Shown here: positions 22,336 to 35,269 of the stretch, in pieces
How positions within the stretch are numbered: the stretch's first letter is position 1
Layout of the letters: the number at the start of each line of letters is the position of its first letter
Origin: Pavona decussata
Lineage: Eukaryota
Direction of reading: 5' to 3'
Length of the DNA: 64,000 nt
NCBI GenBank assembly: GCA_977016875.1
Contig: CDRNST010000013.1
Location: 1,612,001-1,676,000 of the forward strand
Position numbers and translations under genes: made by a program
Notes under the pieces: generated by a model
The model's input: the letters and a program-made list of their open reading frames with translations, nothing else
The model's database searches: none
Told to the model about the DNA's origin: nothing

Positions 22336-24256
22336 GGAGGGGGCTTTGACCCCCCTTACCAAGCCAGATAAGTGATTCAGTTATTGATGGCATTTAGTTC
22401 TACTGGCCTGCTATTGGAGTACTCCATTCCCAACCCCTTACCCCACATATCATTGTTGTGTTCTTATTTCTCATGGGTTGGGAGCATTAAATTCAGAAAA
22501 AAGCTCTCGTGATAATCGCTGAGGCTATATCATCGAAAAGTTGGAACTGAACTTAAAGAAATAATTATTTGGCACTAAATATCAGTTTGTTTTTCGGATG
22601 TAGATCATATTTCTTAATGCGAAAAAACAGATTCTTTGATATAGATCTAATAACAGCTTTGGTAAAGCAAGTTTGACCTTATAATTACAAACTGACTTTT
22701 CGATATGTGGCCACTCTCCAATCGGGTTAATTTTACGGTTATAAAGTTTGTAAAGAACTCCTCTTACATAGCATATAAAAATTGGTTTGGGTTATTTAGC
22801 GAGGGCTTCATAAAACGCCGTCGAAATCTGAGTAGTTTGACTGAAATGTGAGCTCATTAGCATATTGTCATGTCATTAACATGCAAAGCGACTAATCACT
22901 TATTAAAGGCGAAAACTCAGGTTTTGATTGAAATTATGAATCTAAACTCCTGCTCCATACTTAAAAAGGCTGACTCACTCCAGCGTGTGCTCCAGCAATG
23001 GTCCATTTGACGCGTTGTTTTCAGAAACGAAAGGTAACTTCGTTAAAAGCGCAAAAATGTTTGGTCAATCGTTTCCAGTTATCGTTAGTAATGCATGACG
23101 CTTGGGTATGACATTATCACGCATACCGATAAAGAGAAGTTTGGGAGATCAAATTCATTTCATCTGTCCTTATGATTTGGTGGCGAATTCAGTAGGTTTG
23201 TATTTAGTGAAATATCGTATACCGGTTACAATACAACTTAATAACGTGTTTTGGGCACGGTCGAGTAAGTTGGGTAACTTATACATCGGGGAGGTGAGGT
23301 GGGGACGTGGGGTTCTGGGGAGGGGGGGTGGCTTATAAGCGGTATTAAAAATAATAATAATAATAATAATAAAACTATGGCAAAGATCAGGCAAGAAACG
23401 AATTTAAGATCTAACGTGCTGTCAGTATAATATGTGATCTCCTGTCATTGTGAAATGGACAACTTGACATCAAGGGTTTTTTTTCCTGAGGAATTCACAC
23501 TCGGTCTTAGACTTTGACGGTGGCGTATTATGGAGGCCGATGCGTCTTCGCTTCTTGCCATCATTGGCGGCCACTGAGGTTTCGATGCGAAAGATAGGAG
23601 TAGGCAAGTACAACTAGTTCCTTTGCTCACCTGTAACCGTGACATTACAAGACACAAGTCATCCTTTGCCATCAACGGAGTAGAAAATGAAGTGGAAAAA
23701 TTTCCACACTGCCCCATACATTTATTATGCATGCCGCACTATTAATTATGTATGCGCTCTATTGTTTTCATTAACAATAGGTCGATCCCATGCGAATTGC
23801 ATATTTTAATCCTTAATGTCTACTTACTGCATCAACAAAAAGGATCTCATTGTGTGCAGCCCTTTTTCTCTTTTTCCCTTTACTTTCTACTCTTAATTCG
23901 CATTTCGTTTTCTCCTCTAGTAAAACCCTTTTATTTTTTTTATTTTTTCCGTTGCGTAGACCGAGATTCGAATTAAGGCGCTACATTTACCGCTTGCTTA
24001 CCTGTCCATACACTCTTCCACTAGACCACACTGAATCGGTTGGTAGTCAGTGTGCAAAAAAATAATTTTATTTCCGCTCAGGCAATTGCAGATCTACATA
24101 ACAATATATACTGATTTATGGCTTGCTTTTCGAATTCTTCACGAAAGAATCCTTTTAGCTTGTTGCTCATTGGTCCGCTTATGAAATAAAATGCAACTTT
24201 CCTGCGACGTGTTCTTTCTTCCAACCTTTTTCAAATTTGAGTAAGTTTTGCTTTAG

Positions 24257-24760
24257 ATGGCAAGCCAACAAATGATGAATTTCTTCCAACTGTCCAAGAT
24301 TTTTGCGGATCACAACGGGTGCATAGAGTGGTGCAAGGAACACAACCTACTCGCGTCGTCTGTGAAATGTCCAAGGGCTGAGTGCAATGCACTCAGCCTG
24401 ACTAAACGAGCTTCATCGCGAGACGGGTTTGAGTGGCGATGCTCGAAGAGAGGTTGCAATGGAATGGCATCAATACGCCAGAACTCATGGTTTTCCGGTA
24501 GTAAGCTTTCCATTGAGAAAATATTAGCCCTTACTTACGCTTGGGCATACAAATTCGACCCAGACACCGGTGCCCACACACAGGGCATCGAAAACACATG
24601 GTGGGAAGTAAAGCGAAGTTTGTCTCGTACAGGAACATCCAAAGAACTCTTTGATGGCTACCTGCAGGAGTTTATGTGGCGTCAGCAATATGGAGAGGAT
24701 CCCTTTGGAAACATCATCAAGCACATCCCCGACCTTTATGAGGTTCGAAAGGATCCATAA
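24257..24760 (+). pseudogene. Merlin/ISXO2 (IS1595-like) transposase with the DDE core deleted
   Basis: N-terminal CP..C...WRC...C...SIRQNSWF..SKL fused directly to C-terminal DPDTGAHTQGIENTW..KR...YLQEFMWR. Confidence 0.8.
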
Positions 24761-25268
24761 AGGGTTCCAAAAGTATCACTCTATGCACCCTTTGTGATCC
24801 TTCCCGCGAAAAAACAAAATGCACTGCAAAAATTGAACTTGCGCCCGCCCCATGCAAGGGATACAAGCTGTGGTCGTCTTTATATCCCAAAGAGGAAAGG
24901 AGTAAAATGCAACAGAACAACAAGACAAGTAGGAAAAACATTTTATTTTCAATATTCCACTATTGTGATCTTTTAAAACACGTAAACTTAATTCTAGCTA
25001 TCACGTCTGCCGTGACGCTTAAAGCACCGAATTTTGCACATTTTGAACAAGCGGATCAAATAACAAACATGTAAAAATCAACAAAATTTGTCAATTTTAT
25101 GTTGAAAACACGTATTTTTGAGCAAAAAATCGAAAATATCGGCAAAGCCCATATGGACTTAGAAAGAAAATATAAAAACTAAGAGGAACAAAGTGAAGTA
25201 ATCCCAACGCCGCGCTATTGTTATCCCTACTGTTTCCTTTGAACAAAGACTGTATGCATAATTAATGT

Positions 25269-27084
25269 ATGGGGCTGTGCGGAAATCTTGCCAATAAAGT
25301 TTTACTGGCGAGAGCGTCAATCTACGCGCCGCCCCGAAATGTAGAAACCTGGACTATATGTCCCCAACATCGTGCTTCCCTAGGCGTAAGCTGGAAGCGT
25401 TCTTCTACTGAGTGCTCCATTCCAGTGAGCCTGTCAAAGCACGGCATAGCTATAGGCAAAAAGCCCAAAGCAGAGAGAGGATTAAGCAAGTCAGGATCAC
25501 AGTTCGTTTTGAAGGAGACTGGAATTTTCCTTCCAGTTGGCGCAGGTGAGTTTTTTGTCTATGTTTTTATTACGAAAGTTCCGTTCATGCACTTAAGGTA
25601 AAGTCAGGTATTTTTTGTACCGGGTAAAAAGGCAAGGAGATTACATTTACTAAGTATTGGACTGTGCAAACAATACAGTGTGCAACTGTATTGTAGAGAC
25701 ATTGTTTGATTAACAGCCAGTAGCGCCCATGCTAGTTAGCCGAGCACAGATGAAGGGCAAGTGCGAGTTGCGTCAGTCAAGTTTTTAACGGCCGTTTAGA
25801 CCATTTGTTACCATCCCATAGTTGGTGCAGTTAGCACCTTAATTGTTTACAACTGCGGAGGGAGAACTTTACTCTGAGGGATTGCTTATTCAATTCTACA
25901 AGTTGTGAGCGCAAACGCGGTTTCACTGTTGACTAAAAAGTAGTTGCCTGGGTTGGATGATTGCCAGTGACTGGACTCTCTTTGCAGAAGTTGTTTTGCT
26001 GTTGATGTCTTAGCAAAAATATGTTTAATCATTTTCTAATCTGTAATGGTCTGTAATGAAAGCGCTCTTATTCAGAACCTTACTAACAGTGTTTATTTCT
26101 CGTGTTGCTGTTAGCAAGAAAAATACGTTAACTGACACAGGTTTGAAAGGATTTACAATATTAAAATAATATATTCTTGGGCGCTTTCATGCGGACAAAT
26201 GGATGAAATCTTCAGTTATAAAGCAATTGCACATCGTATTTACAGGCGTGTGTTCTAATTGCCATAAGCTTCTTGGCGAAGATGAAACGAAGATAGCGCC
26301 CCAACCGTCTGGAATTGAAATCGAAGTTATTCTCCGAATGGGAGATATGTCATTGGTAAGTGTTAACCATTTTCTACCAGAATCCACTATTAATAAAATG
26401 GAAATTACATTAACAAACGTTTTGAGTCCAGATTTGACGTTATCGTTACTGGAAGAGCAGTTCAAAAGAGTCCCACAGATGCAACAGTGCAGTGAGAGCA
26501 GAACAGCAGAAAATGTGCCTTTACTTCCAATGGGATGGGCCCTGAAGGCTAGCCAAGTCTCAAGAGCACAATTCAATGAAAAGCAGAAGAACTACCTGCT
26601 GAGCAAGTTCCTTATCGGAGAACAAACAGGGCAAAAAGTTAACGCATGCACAGTTGCTTGCTCAATGATAAGTGCAAGGGATACAAATGGCGACCACTTG
26701 TTTACCAGCGCTGAATTTTTGACGGGTCAGCAGATCGCCAGCTACTTTTCTCGTTTGGCGTCGAGGCGTACTCTCCAAGACCGCAACTCCACCCAGACTG
26801 AGTCCGATGACGAAAGCGCAGAAGGCGAAATGGCTTTTAGCGACCTGAGGGGAGTAGTTCTTGAAACAGTTCAACCTGTCCATCCCATTAGCTTCGACAA
26901 CTACAACCTATGTGAGCTGATGAAAGAATCCAAGCTGTCGAAATTCGCGATTTCAATGCTGAACAGAATATGTGTCCACTTTGAAATCCCTACCTGCGAT
27001 ATAACAGGACGAAAGAAAGCCCCTTACCTGAGTCGAATTGAAGATTTTTTGAAGAAGTGTAGCTGTTATCATGATCAAACATAA
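25269..27084 (+). pseudogene. Remnant Sola3-like transposase: N-terminal Cys/His exon (~25269-25545) and C-terminal part (~26500-27084)
   Basis: LLARA...ICPQHRASLG..W...C..P...H; PMGWALK...FNEKQKNYL..KF..GE.TG.K...EFLT.QQIASYFSRL; lies between the long TIRs. Confidence 0.55.
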
Positions 27085-28418
27085 GAAACTCAAAGTAATG
27101 GGACATTCTGTGAAGCATTCTCGGATTTCGTATATGTTATAATGGCACACTTAAATCCGTCGGATCTCTACAAGAGAACTCATCTTCTTTTGGTACTGTA
27201 TGAATACTGTGTGTGCGTCTTCCGGTAAATATATCTAAACATCAATTCCACTATTAAGTTAAGTTTCTACACCAAGAGGATCTTGGCCAATGTGTTCTGA
27301 GCACGATGCAGCGGTGAGATTGGGACTGCAAAATAGAAATAACAAATAAACGATACCGTAATAACCAACGAATAACTTTACTGTGTAAAAGTACAAGTCA
27401 AAATGTTCAGTCCGAGAAGTTTAAAATAAATCCCATTTTGTTCGTTTTTTTTTCGTGCCACTTCAGAGCTTCCCACCCCCGCTTAGCTAAAGCTACCCCA
27501 GTTATTGGCCCATGCCTAAGACATTCACCACTTATAAGCCCCCACCCCCCCCCCCTCCAAGCTCCCCACCTCTCCTACCCGATATATAAGCTACCCAAGT
27601 TATTCGACTGTGCCCAAAACACATTACTAAGTTGTATTGTAACCGGTATTTTACGATATTTCGCTAAAAACACCAACCTACTGAATTCGCTACCAAATCA
27701 TAAGGACAGATAAAATTAATTTGATGCTGTATTTGAGCTCATTTGGGCTCTTATCGGTATGTGTGACAATGTCATATCAGGAGCGCCACGCATTGTGGCG
27801 GTTGACCGAACATTTTTTTCGCTTTTAACGAAGTTAGTTTTCGTTTCTGAAAACGACGCGTCACATGGACCATTGTAAGCACAGGCTGAAGTAAGTCAGC
27901 CTTTTTAAGTATGAAGCAGGAGTTTAGATCCATAATTTCAATCAAAACCTGAGTTTTTGGCTTTAATAAGTGATTAGTCGTTTTGCATGTTAACGACATA
28001 ACAATATGCTAAGAAGCTCACATTTCAGTCAAACTACTCAGATTTCGATGGCATTTTATCAAGCCCTCGCTAAATAACCCAAACCAATTCTTGTATTCCG
28101 TGGAAGAAGGTCATGTTATCACTCTATAGCCCTAGAATGAACCATATTGGAGAGTGGCCACATATCGAAAAGTCAGTTTATAATTTTAAGGTGAAACTCG
28201 CTTTGTTACGGCTCTGGTCAAATCTTCATCAAAGAATGTGTTTTTTCGTAGTAAGAGGTATGATCTAGAACCGAAAAACAGGATGATATAAAGGGCCAAA
28301 TACTTCTTCTTTTACGTTCAGTTTCCATTTTCTGATGATATAGCTTTTATTTCTTACACGAGGGAATTTACGTCTATGCTAAGTTTTGCTAATTAATCCG
28401 GCTATTTTTAGCCAGCGA

Positions 28419-31088
28419 CAGATACGGATTCCATCACGTCTTTTTTGAACAATTTAAATGTTCCGCAACTATCTGAAGAACAGAAACAATCGTGTGAAGG
28501 CCAAATTACCATCGACGAATGTAAAAGCATTTTAGAAACTTTTCAAAACAATAAGTCTCCCGGAAATGACGGAATCCCAATTGAATTTTACAAAAAATGT
28601 TGGAATTTTATTTGTGAGCCGTTCATTAATTGCATAAATGAGTCTTTTGTAAAGGAAGAATTGTCCAATTCCCAAAAGCAAGCTGTCATCACTTTAATAG
28701 AAAAACAAGGACAAGATCGCACGTTAATAGAAAATTGGAGACCTATTTCTCTAGTCAATGTTGATGCCAAAATAATCTCGAAGGTAATTGCTTCTAGACT
28801 TAAAAATGTCCTGCCTAATATTATACACTGTAATCAATCCGGTTACGTTAAAGATCGCTATATCGATGAAACGGTAAGGTCAATTCTTGATATTATGGAT
28901 TTTACAGAAAAAGAAAATATACCTGGTCTGATGATATTTATTGATTTTCGAAAAGCTTTTGATACTTTAGAGTGGAACTTTCTGTTTAACTGTCTGGATG
29001 CCTTCAATTTTGGCCCTGAATTTAAGCGTTGGATAAAAACTTTTTATAAGAATATTCAAAGCTGTGTGATAAATAATGGCTTGTCATCAGAATACTTTAA
29101 CCTTTCAAGAGGAGTCAGGCAGGGTGACCCTTTGTCTCCTTATCTTTTTCTTTTAGCTGTTGAGACTTTGGCAATTTCCGTCAGAGAAAATGTTGAAATA
29201 AAGGGAATTGTAATTGAACAACAAGAGACCAAATTATTACAATATGCTGATGATACAACTGCGGTTCTCGCTGACATAGAGTCGGCCCACATACTCTTTC
29301 AGTTGCTAGAGAATTTTAAAAATATATCAGGTTTAAAGGTCAATAGCTCAAAGACAGAGGGAATGTGGCTGGGATCGCTGAAAGGAAATGAAATGAAGCC
29401 GCTCGGAATCAAATGGCCGAGCGATCCAATAAAAGCCCTTGGAGTCTTCTTTTCATATGATAAAAAACTTCTCTTTCAAAAAAACTTCTCAGAAAGGCTT
29501 GACAAGATAAAAAAATTAATTAATATCTGGTCCTCCAGGGGGTTATCCCTTTACGGGAAGGTTACTATTATCAAAACTCTGCTCTTGCCGAAAGTTGTTT
29601 ACATATCTTCTTTGCTACCTACCCCTGAACATATAGTGAAAGAATTAAACTATTTGATATACAATTTCCTATGGAAAGGTGAAGACAAAGTAACTAGAGT
29701 ATCTGCAATAAATAATTATGAGGGAGGTGGCCTCAAAATGGTTGATATTGAAAGCATGATCAAATCTCTCCGCCTCTCCTGGCTGAAAAGAATCTTTGGT
29801 GATAATTCAGGCGTATGGAAAAGCTATTTAGAATATCTTCTAAAAGAAACAGGTGGTCTGGTTCTTTTTAATTGCAATTATAATATTAAAGACTTAAATA
29901 TTAATTCTCAATTCTATGCAGAGTTATTGAAATGGTGGTCTGAGTTTCCCAAAGACAATGCAAATGATACTAACTGGCATTACTTTATCTGGAATAATCA
30001 AGAAATACGAATAAACAATAAACCAGTTTTCTATAAAAGGTACTTCAATAATGGGATTCGAACTGTGGGCGACTTACGCTTTGATCTTAATAATATCGAC
30101 TCTTATGAATTACAGGCAAAATACATAGAGAAGACGAATTTTCTGGAATGGACTGGTCTACGCCACTCCATACCGCTCAATTTAAGAAATGCTAATTATA
30201 AACCGGATCCCATAGTCCTAAATCCATCCTTCAAAACTGACAGTGGTCTTTTCGATGTAACTAAAAAGAAATCTAAAGATTACTATTCCCTTTTTGTCCG
30301 TAAAAAGGCACGCTTCCCTAATCATGCGCAAAAACTAAAGTGTGAATTTAATTTATCTGATGAGGCGTTGAAAAAAGCTTTCTGTCTTCCCCATTCAGTT
30401 GCTTTTGAGCCATACGTTCAGGCCTTTCAGTTTAAGGTATTAAACTCTATACTTTACACTAATTCAAAATTACATAAAATCGGCTATATTTCAGACAATC
30501 TGTGCTCTTTTTGCAAACGGGAATCAGAAACTATACAGCATCTCTTTTATAATTGTTCTTACTCAATTACTTTTTGGAAAGACTTTGAATTATATTACTT
30601 ATCCCTGACAAAACAACAAATACATCTTGAGTTGAGAGATATTTTAATTGGTGTTCTAACACCAGAATGCCCCTTACTAAATTACCTGTTACTTATAGGA
30701 AAAATTTATTTATGGGGGTGTAGAAGAAATAACGAACTTCCGAATATAGGTGGTTACAAATTTAAAGTATCGTTAAAGTATGACACAGAGAAATTTATTT
30801 GTACGAAAAATAATACATTAGACATATTTAAAAAGAAATGGACAATATTTAGACCTATTTAATATATATGACTTGTACGGGTGTGACTTTGAATTTTTTG
30901 TGAGTGAGTGCATGAGAGCATGAGATGAGTGAGTGAGTGTTGTGAATGGTGTGTTAGCGGGCCAGCAAGTGAGTAAGCTAATTGTAATATTGTACAAAGT
31001 GTAAGTGCGTAAGTACTGTCTAGTTTATTATTGTATGTAACTGTGTTTTCTTGCAAATAAAAATTAAAAAAAAAAAAAAAAAAAAAAA
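28419..31088 (+). mobile_element. 5'-truncated L1/Tx1 LINE with poly(A) tail
   Basis: TSD atttttagccagcga (28404-28418 / 31089-31103); AATAAA ~31056; long poly(A). Confidence 0.93.
28445..30862 (+). CDS. L1/Tx1 ORF2 fragment (RT + zf-RVT), uninterrupted 805 aa
   Basis: KSPGNDG, NWRPISL, IDFRKAFD, RGVRQGDPLSP, QYADD, CSFC...ETIQHLFYNC. Confidence 0.93.
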   Translation: MNNLNVPQLSEEQKQSCEGQITIDECKSILETFQNNKSPGNDGIPIEFYKKCWNFICEPFINCINESFVKEELSNSQKQAVITLIEKQGQDRTLIENWRPISLVNVDAKIISKVIASRLKNVLPNIIHCNQSGYVKDRYIDETVRSILDIMDFTEKENIPGLMIFIDFRKAFDTLEWNFLFNCLDAFNFGPEFKRWIKTFYKNIQSCVINNGLSSEYFNLSRGVRQGDPLSPYLFLLAVETLAISVRENVEIKGIVIEQQETKLLQYADDTTAVLADIESAHILFQLLENFKNISGLKVNSSKTEGMWLGSLKGNEMKPLGIKWPSDPIKALGVFFSYDKKLLFQKNFSERLDKIKKLINIWSSRGLSLYGKVTIIKTLLLPKVVYISSLLPTPEHIVKELNYLIYNFLWKGEDKVTRVSAINNYEGGGLKMVDIESMIKSLRLSWLKRIFGDNSGVWKSYLEYLLKETGGLVLFNCNYNIKDLNINSQFYAELLKWWSEFPKDNANDTNWHYFIWNNQEIRINNKPVFYKRYFNNGIRTVGDLRFDLNNIDSYELQAKYIEKTNFLEWTGLRHSIPLNLRNANYKPDPIVLNPSFKTDSGLFDVTKKKSKDYYSLFVRKKARFPNHAQKLKCEFNLSDEALKKAFCLPHSVAFEPYVQAFQFKVLNSILYTNSKLHKIGYISDNLCSFCKRESETIQHLFYNCSYSITFWKDFELYYLSLTKQQIHLELRDILIGVLTPECPLLNYLLLIGKIYLWGCRRNNELPNIGGYKFKVSLKYDTEKFICTKNNTLDIFKKKWTIFRPI

Positions 31089-31280
31089 ATTTTTAGCCAG
31101 CGAGAGGGAGAAATCGATTTCCTCGAATAATTCGAAAATCCGGCCGTATTATCAGAAATAAACCCCGAAACCTTTGAAACCACATAAATACCTCGCCACA
31201 AATTGAAAATGAAGGTGGGTTTAATTTTTGACCGTGGCCGCGATTTTATGATTTTGCTTGATATTTCTGTGCACTCGCTC

Positions 31281-32701
31281 TTAAAAGAAAGTACTTTTCC
31301 ACACCAATGGATCCTCATGGGTGACACGCCTTATAAATTCGTGCACCTGCAGGTAAACGTCTATACCAAAATTATTGTCCTCTTGTAATGTTTTAAAGTT
31401 TTGATTCAAGGCAGATTGAAAATCTTGAGACAGTTCTAAATTAATGGCAGCCACTTCAACACCACTTTGGTCATCCTCTGGATCTGGTAGAGGGGCATCT
31501 GGATCACGTCCATACAGTTCAACGTTCTTAGGTGTATAAGGGTCAAACACATCACGAATGCCAGCATTGGGTGAGTTGAAATTCCTGAGGCATCCAGAGG
31601 CCCATAGTTGTCGAGGTGTTCTATTACGTTCAGTTGACACTGAATGCATATTGAAGCGTTGCACAAATCTAAGAGCCTCTGTACTCTTGGCAAAAATACA
31701 TAATGTAAAGCAAACATGTCATGGTCACTTCCAGGATCCAGTAGATGATTTCGTGCCATAAATAAAACACAATGATGTGAAGATGGTGACAACACTCTCA
31801 ACTACATCTCTCCACAGACGTTCAATATGCGTGTTGCGTGTACTTGGACCAGTTAAAAAGCTACCACGGTTCTCCCCCCTAAACCAAATCCAAATCCAAA
31901 TCCAACAGCCCTCACTCGTGATGGATACCCCCATTCAGTTACTGCCTGCTGAAAACAAGAGAGAACCGTTGTAGCTTTGTTGTTGTTGTGTTTGTTGAGG
32001 TAAATAATGCAACGGGAAAATCCATCAATGCATCCATGGATGACCATTCTCCAGTGCCTTTATTTCAAGTTGCTGTCAATGTGCCTCAGGAAGTTAGGAT
32101 GGGGTACACTGTAAGGGCGACGTTCAATTCTCTGACCCCATCTGTTGGCACGGTTGATGGGGTCCACTCTTACAATTGCCTCTCGCACCCTCCAGCTCTG
32201 GATATATATGCCATGTTGCCGAAGGCCTGCAATGACGTTTGTCTCCCTTGTACGGGGAAAGGCTCTAAGTTCCTCAAGAACCGCTGTGTCAAGATCAGGA
32301 TTTAGAATTGGTGTGAAACCTTCAAAATTCATTGAAAATCCAAGTTCTCTGCAATGGTTGTAAATTGTTTGTTTGGAAACACCTAAGTCAGAGGCAATCT
32401 GTGTCCAACTGTTGAATTCGCCTCTCAAGCAACACAATTGCTCGGCCAAAATGACATATCTTGGTCTTCCAGGTCCTGATGGTTGTTCAGTTTGTGGTCG
32501 ATAAGAATACCCATACATGACCAGAAGTTGCACAAGCAGAATATAAATGGCTCTGATGTTTTCACGCAAGGTTTCCATCTCCTGAACTTCAATTGGAGGG
32601 TAACAACCAGCACGTTGCATGTGCATGACAATGTTTCCTAAATGTGTCAATGCACACAGTAATCTATTTCCATAAAATTCTGCTCTTTGAACGTTGCTCA
32701 C
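31281..32701 (-). pseudogene. IS3EU-like integrase-core (DDE) transposase, frameshifted
   Basis: GRPRY...SWTQIA..LGVS..TIY; RVRE...RVDP; RRPYSVP.PN...HID; [11 protein letters not shown]; G.PSRVR; [18 protein letters not shown]. Confidence 0.8.
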
Positions 32702-34169
32702 ACATTTTTCATTTCAGCTTCCACTTCCCTTAACAGAGAACAGACACAGTTAACAAACTGTGACAAATCTTCATCAGCAGTAATTCTAAAAGACAAAGAG
32801 GAACATTAACTTTTAAGACTACAGATTTGTTCCTTGGCTTGATTGACGCTTACATGTTGTCTTGAGTTGTCCTCAAAACTTCATGCACTGCTTAATCTTA
32901 TGTTCAATAATTTATTGGCAAGGCCTCCCCATACAGCTGTATGTTATGCTAACACTTTACTGGATCAATTTTTTATCAGGCACAGAAATGGAATCTGGAT
33001 AATCTGATTAGAAAATGGAATACAACAGCTCACTTTTGTTTACACCATATGAGATTGGCTGCTAAATAACCAATTGGACGACATGTTAATATCAAGGTTT
33101 AACAAATGGCAGACACCCCAGCCTTGCTGCTACAAAAAACTTGCTGAAATCAGCATACAGTTTTGTGACATAGCTTTTCATATGGTCTTACAAAGTTAGG
33201 TAAAGAAAAAAACTTCTACTACTTCTTTATAAATTGCATAGCCTATGTACAGCCGCCCACTCTACAGATTGCACAAACAGCTGCATGAACTCACATGTTG
33301 TTTATGGATTGTTGGAATTTTGCAGCAAAATCGACTATGTTGCCAAGCTCAAATTAAAACACAAGCAACTCAACCATCACCCCCCCCCCTAACACACATG
33401 ACAACAGGTACAAAACTTCAAGCATAAACAATGTTTTTGAAAAAATATATAGCTGTTTCCACATTGTATGTATTAGCTTCGCAAGGTACAGTCGCCCGTG
33501 GATTGTTTAGGTGTCCTGTGGCTAGCCCTCTTTGGGACAATGGCCTATCCCCACAGTGTTCATTTTCTGTACCAATTGTCGTCTTTGGCGTAAAGCAGCG
33601 TATAAAGACAGAGGTAGTAAACTTGACTTTTGTAAAACGTCTACTGTTCAAATGAACTGTTGATATCCAAATTTATCTCCCGTGTAGGATTTAGAGTCCA
33701 CTGCCGCATGGCGGCCGCTTGGCGTGAAATTTCGAAACTCTTTCAGCGTGGATCATACAAGCGCACAGAATGCATGCATCCTAGCATATCGAAGATTTTG
33801 CATTTGATGGTCAATAAAGCCGAATTTAATGTCTTTTTGCTGTATTGGTTTACTTCCTTCACAAAGTAAGTATATCCTGTAAGAATGCCTTTTAAAAAAG
33901 AAATCTCACCTTGTAACGACGCACACGATTGCAAGAATGGAAATGACTCCAAACTGATAAAACTTCATCCTCGACAAAAAATGAGAGGGTTTCCACAGTA
34001 GATCGTTTTCACCAAATAATTTTACACAAATCAAACTTTGATAAACAGGCTAAAACAGTATATTAAAACAAGGCTAAGACAGTCTCCACACGCTGTGAAA
34101 GTTGCCTCCTGGTAACTCGTGGTGACGCTTCTTTGCCTCTTTCCCATCACATCCGCAATCATTTTGAAA

Positions 34170-34326
34170 AGTCCTGGAACCATTCTGAACGGTCTCGGAA
34201 ATATTCAGAATGTTGAAAACGTCAATTCAGAACCATTATGAATTTCGAAATCATTACGAGATGTAATTCGGAACCATTCCGAATTTCGAAATCATTACGA
34301 GATGTAACTCGGAACCATTACGAACA
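34170..34326. repeat. Subterminal tandem motif array (cggaaccatt / cgaaatcattacgagatgtaa), putative transposon end (...cgaaca)
   Basis: Repeated ggaaccatt motifs and a near-exact ~41-bp tandem duplication. Confidence 0.6.
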
Positions 34327-35269
34327 TTGGAATTTTTTTAGAAATGGTGGGACATACAGCAGAACCACGGCTCCAACCGACAAAAGAATGACGCTCACAA
34401 AAAGAAATAAAACCAGGATAAGACTTGCAGAAAAGTAGAAGTTCCCAGATGGGGAAAAATCCACAGTAATCCTTCCAGTTCGAACTCATGTGCACCCGCA
34501 CATCGTCAGCGGAAAGTGTTAGAGCATGCTCTAAGTTAATGGATGTTTAAGCCAATCAGCGGTTTTTCGACCGTGCCTATATGTACCACTACCTGGCTTA
34601 CCCTGGGTGTCCAAGGTTTTATTTTTCTTTTGCAAGGAGCGTGATAAGGCGAACAGAGACATGACAAATGATTACTGATCATGCAGAAAAATAAAAAAAA
34701 CCCTCTGGGACCCAGGGACACTTGGCTTAATCATAACTATAACAAACTTCTCGAATCTGATTGGTTATTGCCAGGCCCTATTTGAGCATTAATTGTGTCA
34801 ACAACAAAATGCTCGCATCTGACTGGTTGTCAACACCCTTTATTTGTCACTTAATTTGACTGGTGTAGCACCAAACTGTCTGATTTGACCTGTCCCATTA
34901 CAAGCATCTTGTACAAATCGGCACCTTGGTCAAATTGGACAGTTAAACAGCCAACGAAAATTAAGCATTTAATGCTACTAACCAATGCAATTCAACTACC
35001 TCACCAATGCTAGCCAATCAAAATTAAGGAAAATTTTTACTGAGCAGGTTGCCCAGGTTCAGCTTGAAGAAAAAACGGGATGAAATTAACTGCTCCAATG
35101 ACTTTTATTCAGATATGTTTTCTTCAGGTTTTTACAACCTTTTTAATACTATTGCCTTAGAAAGCTTTAAAATGAAAGAAAACGATTTAGTTGTTGAATT
35201 TTAATATATAAAAAAATTATGATAAATCGAGCAAGCAAGCAAGCTCTCCTCACAGAAATAACTATGGAA

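Larger units (their letters stand above)
16930..22493 (+). mobile_element. DIRS/Ngaro-type tyrosine-recombinase retrotransposon
   Basis: gag, RT-RNaseH and YR ORFs in order; boundaries set by interruption of the Sola3 left TIR; short inverted ends aatttatg... / ...cattaaatt. Confidence 0.88.
16719..31280 (+). mobile_element. Sola3-like DNA transposon, internally deleted, with ~1-kb TIRs and nested insertions
   Basis: TTAA|GAGC...GCTC|TTAA termini. Left TIR 16719-16928 + ~22494-23345 is the inverse of right TIR ~27530-28418 + 31104-31280. TTAA TSD, GAG/CTC ends and long TIRs are Sola3 hallmarks. Confidence 0.75.

Noticed and set aside
23960-24040. tRNA-like sequence on the minus strand
   Set aside because: Only degenerate A/B boxes; at most a SINE remnant
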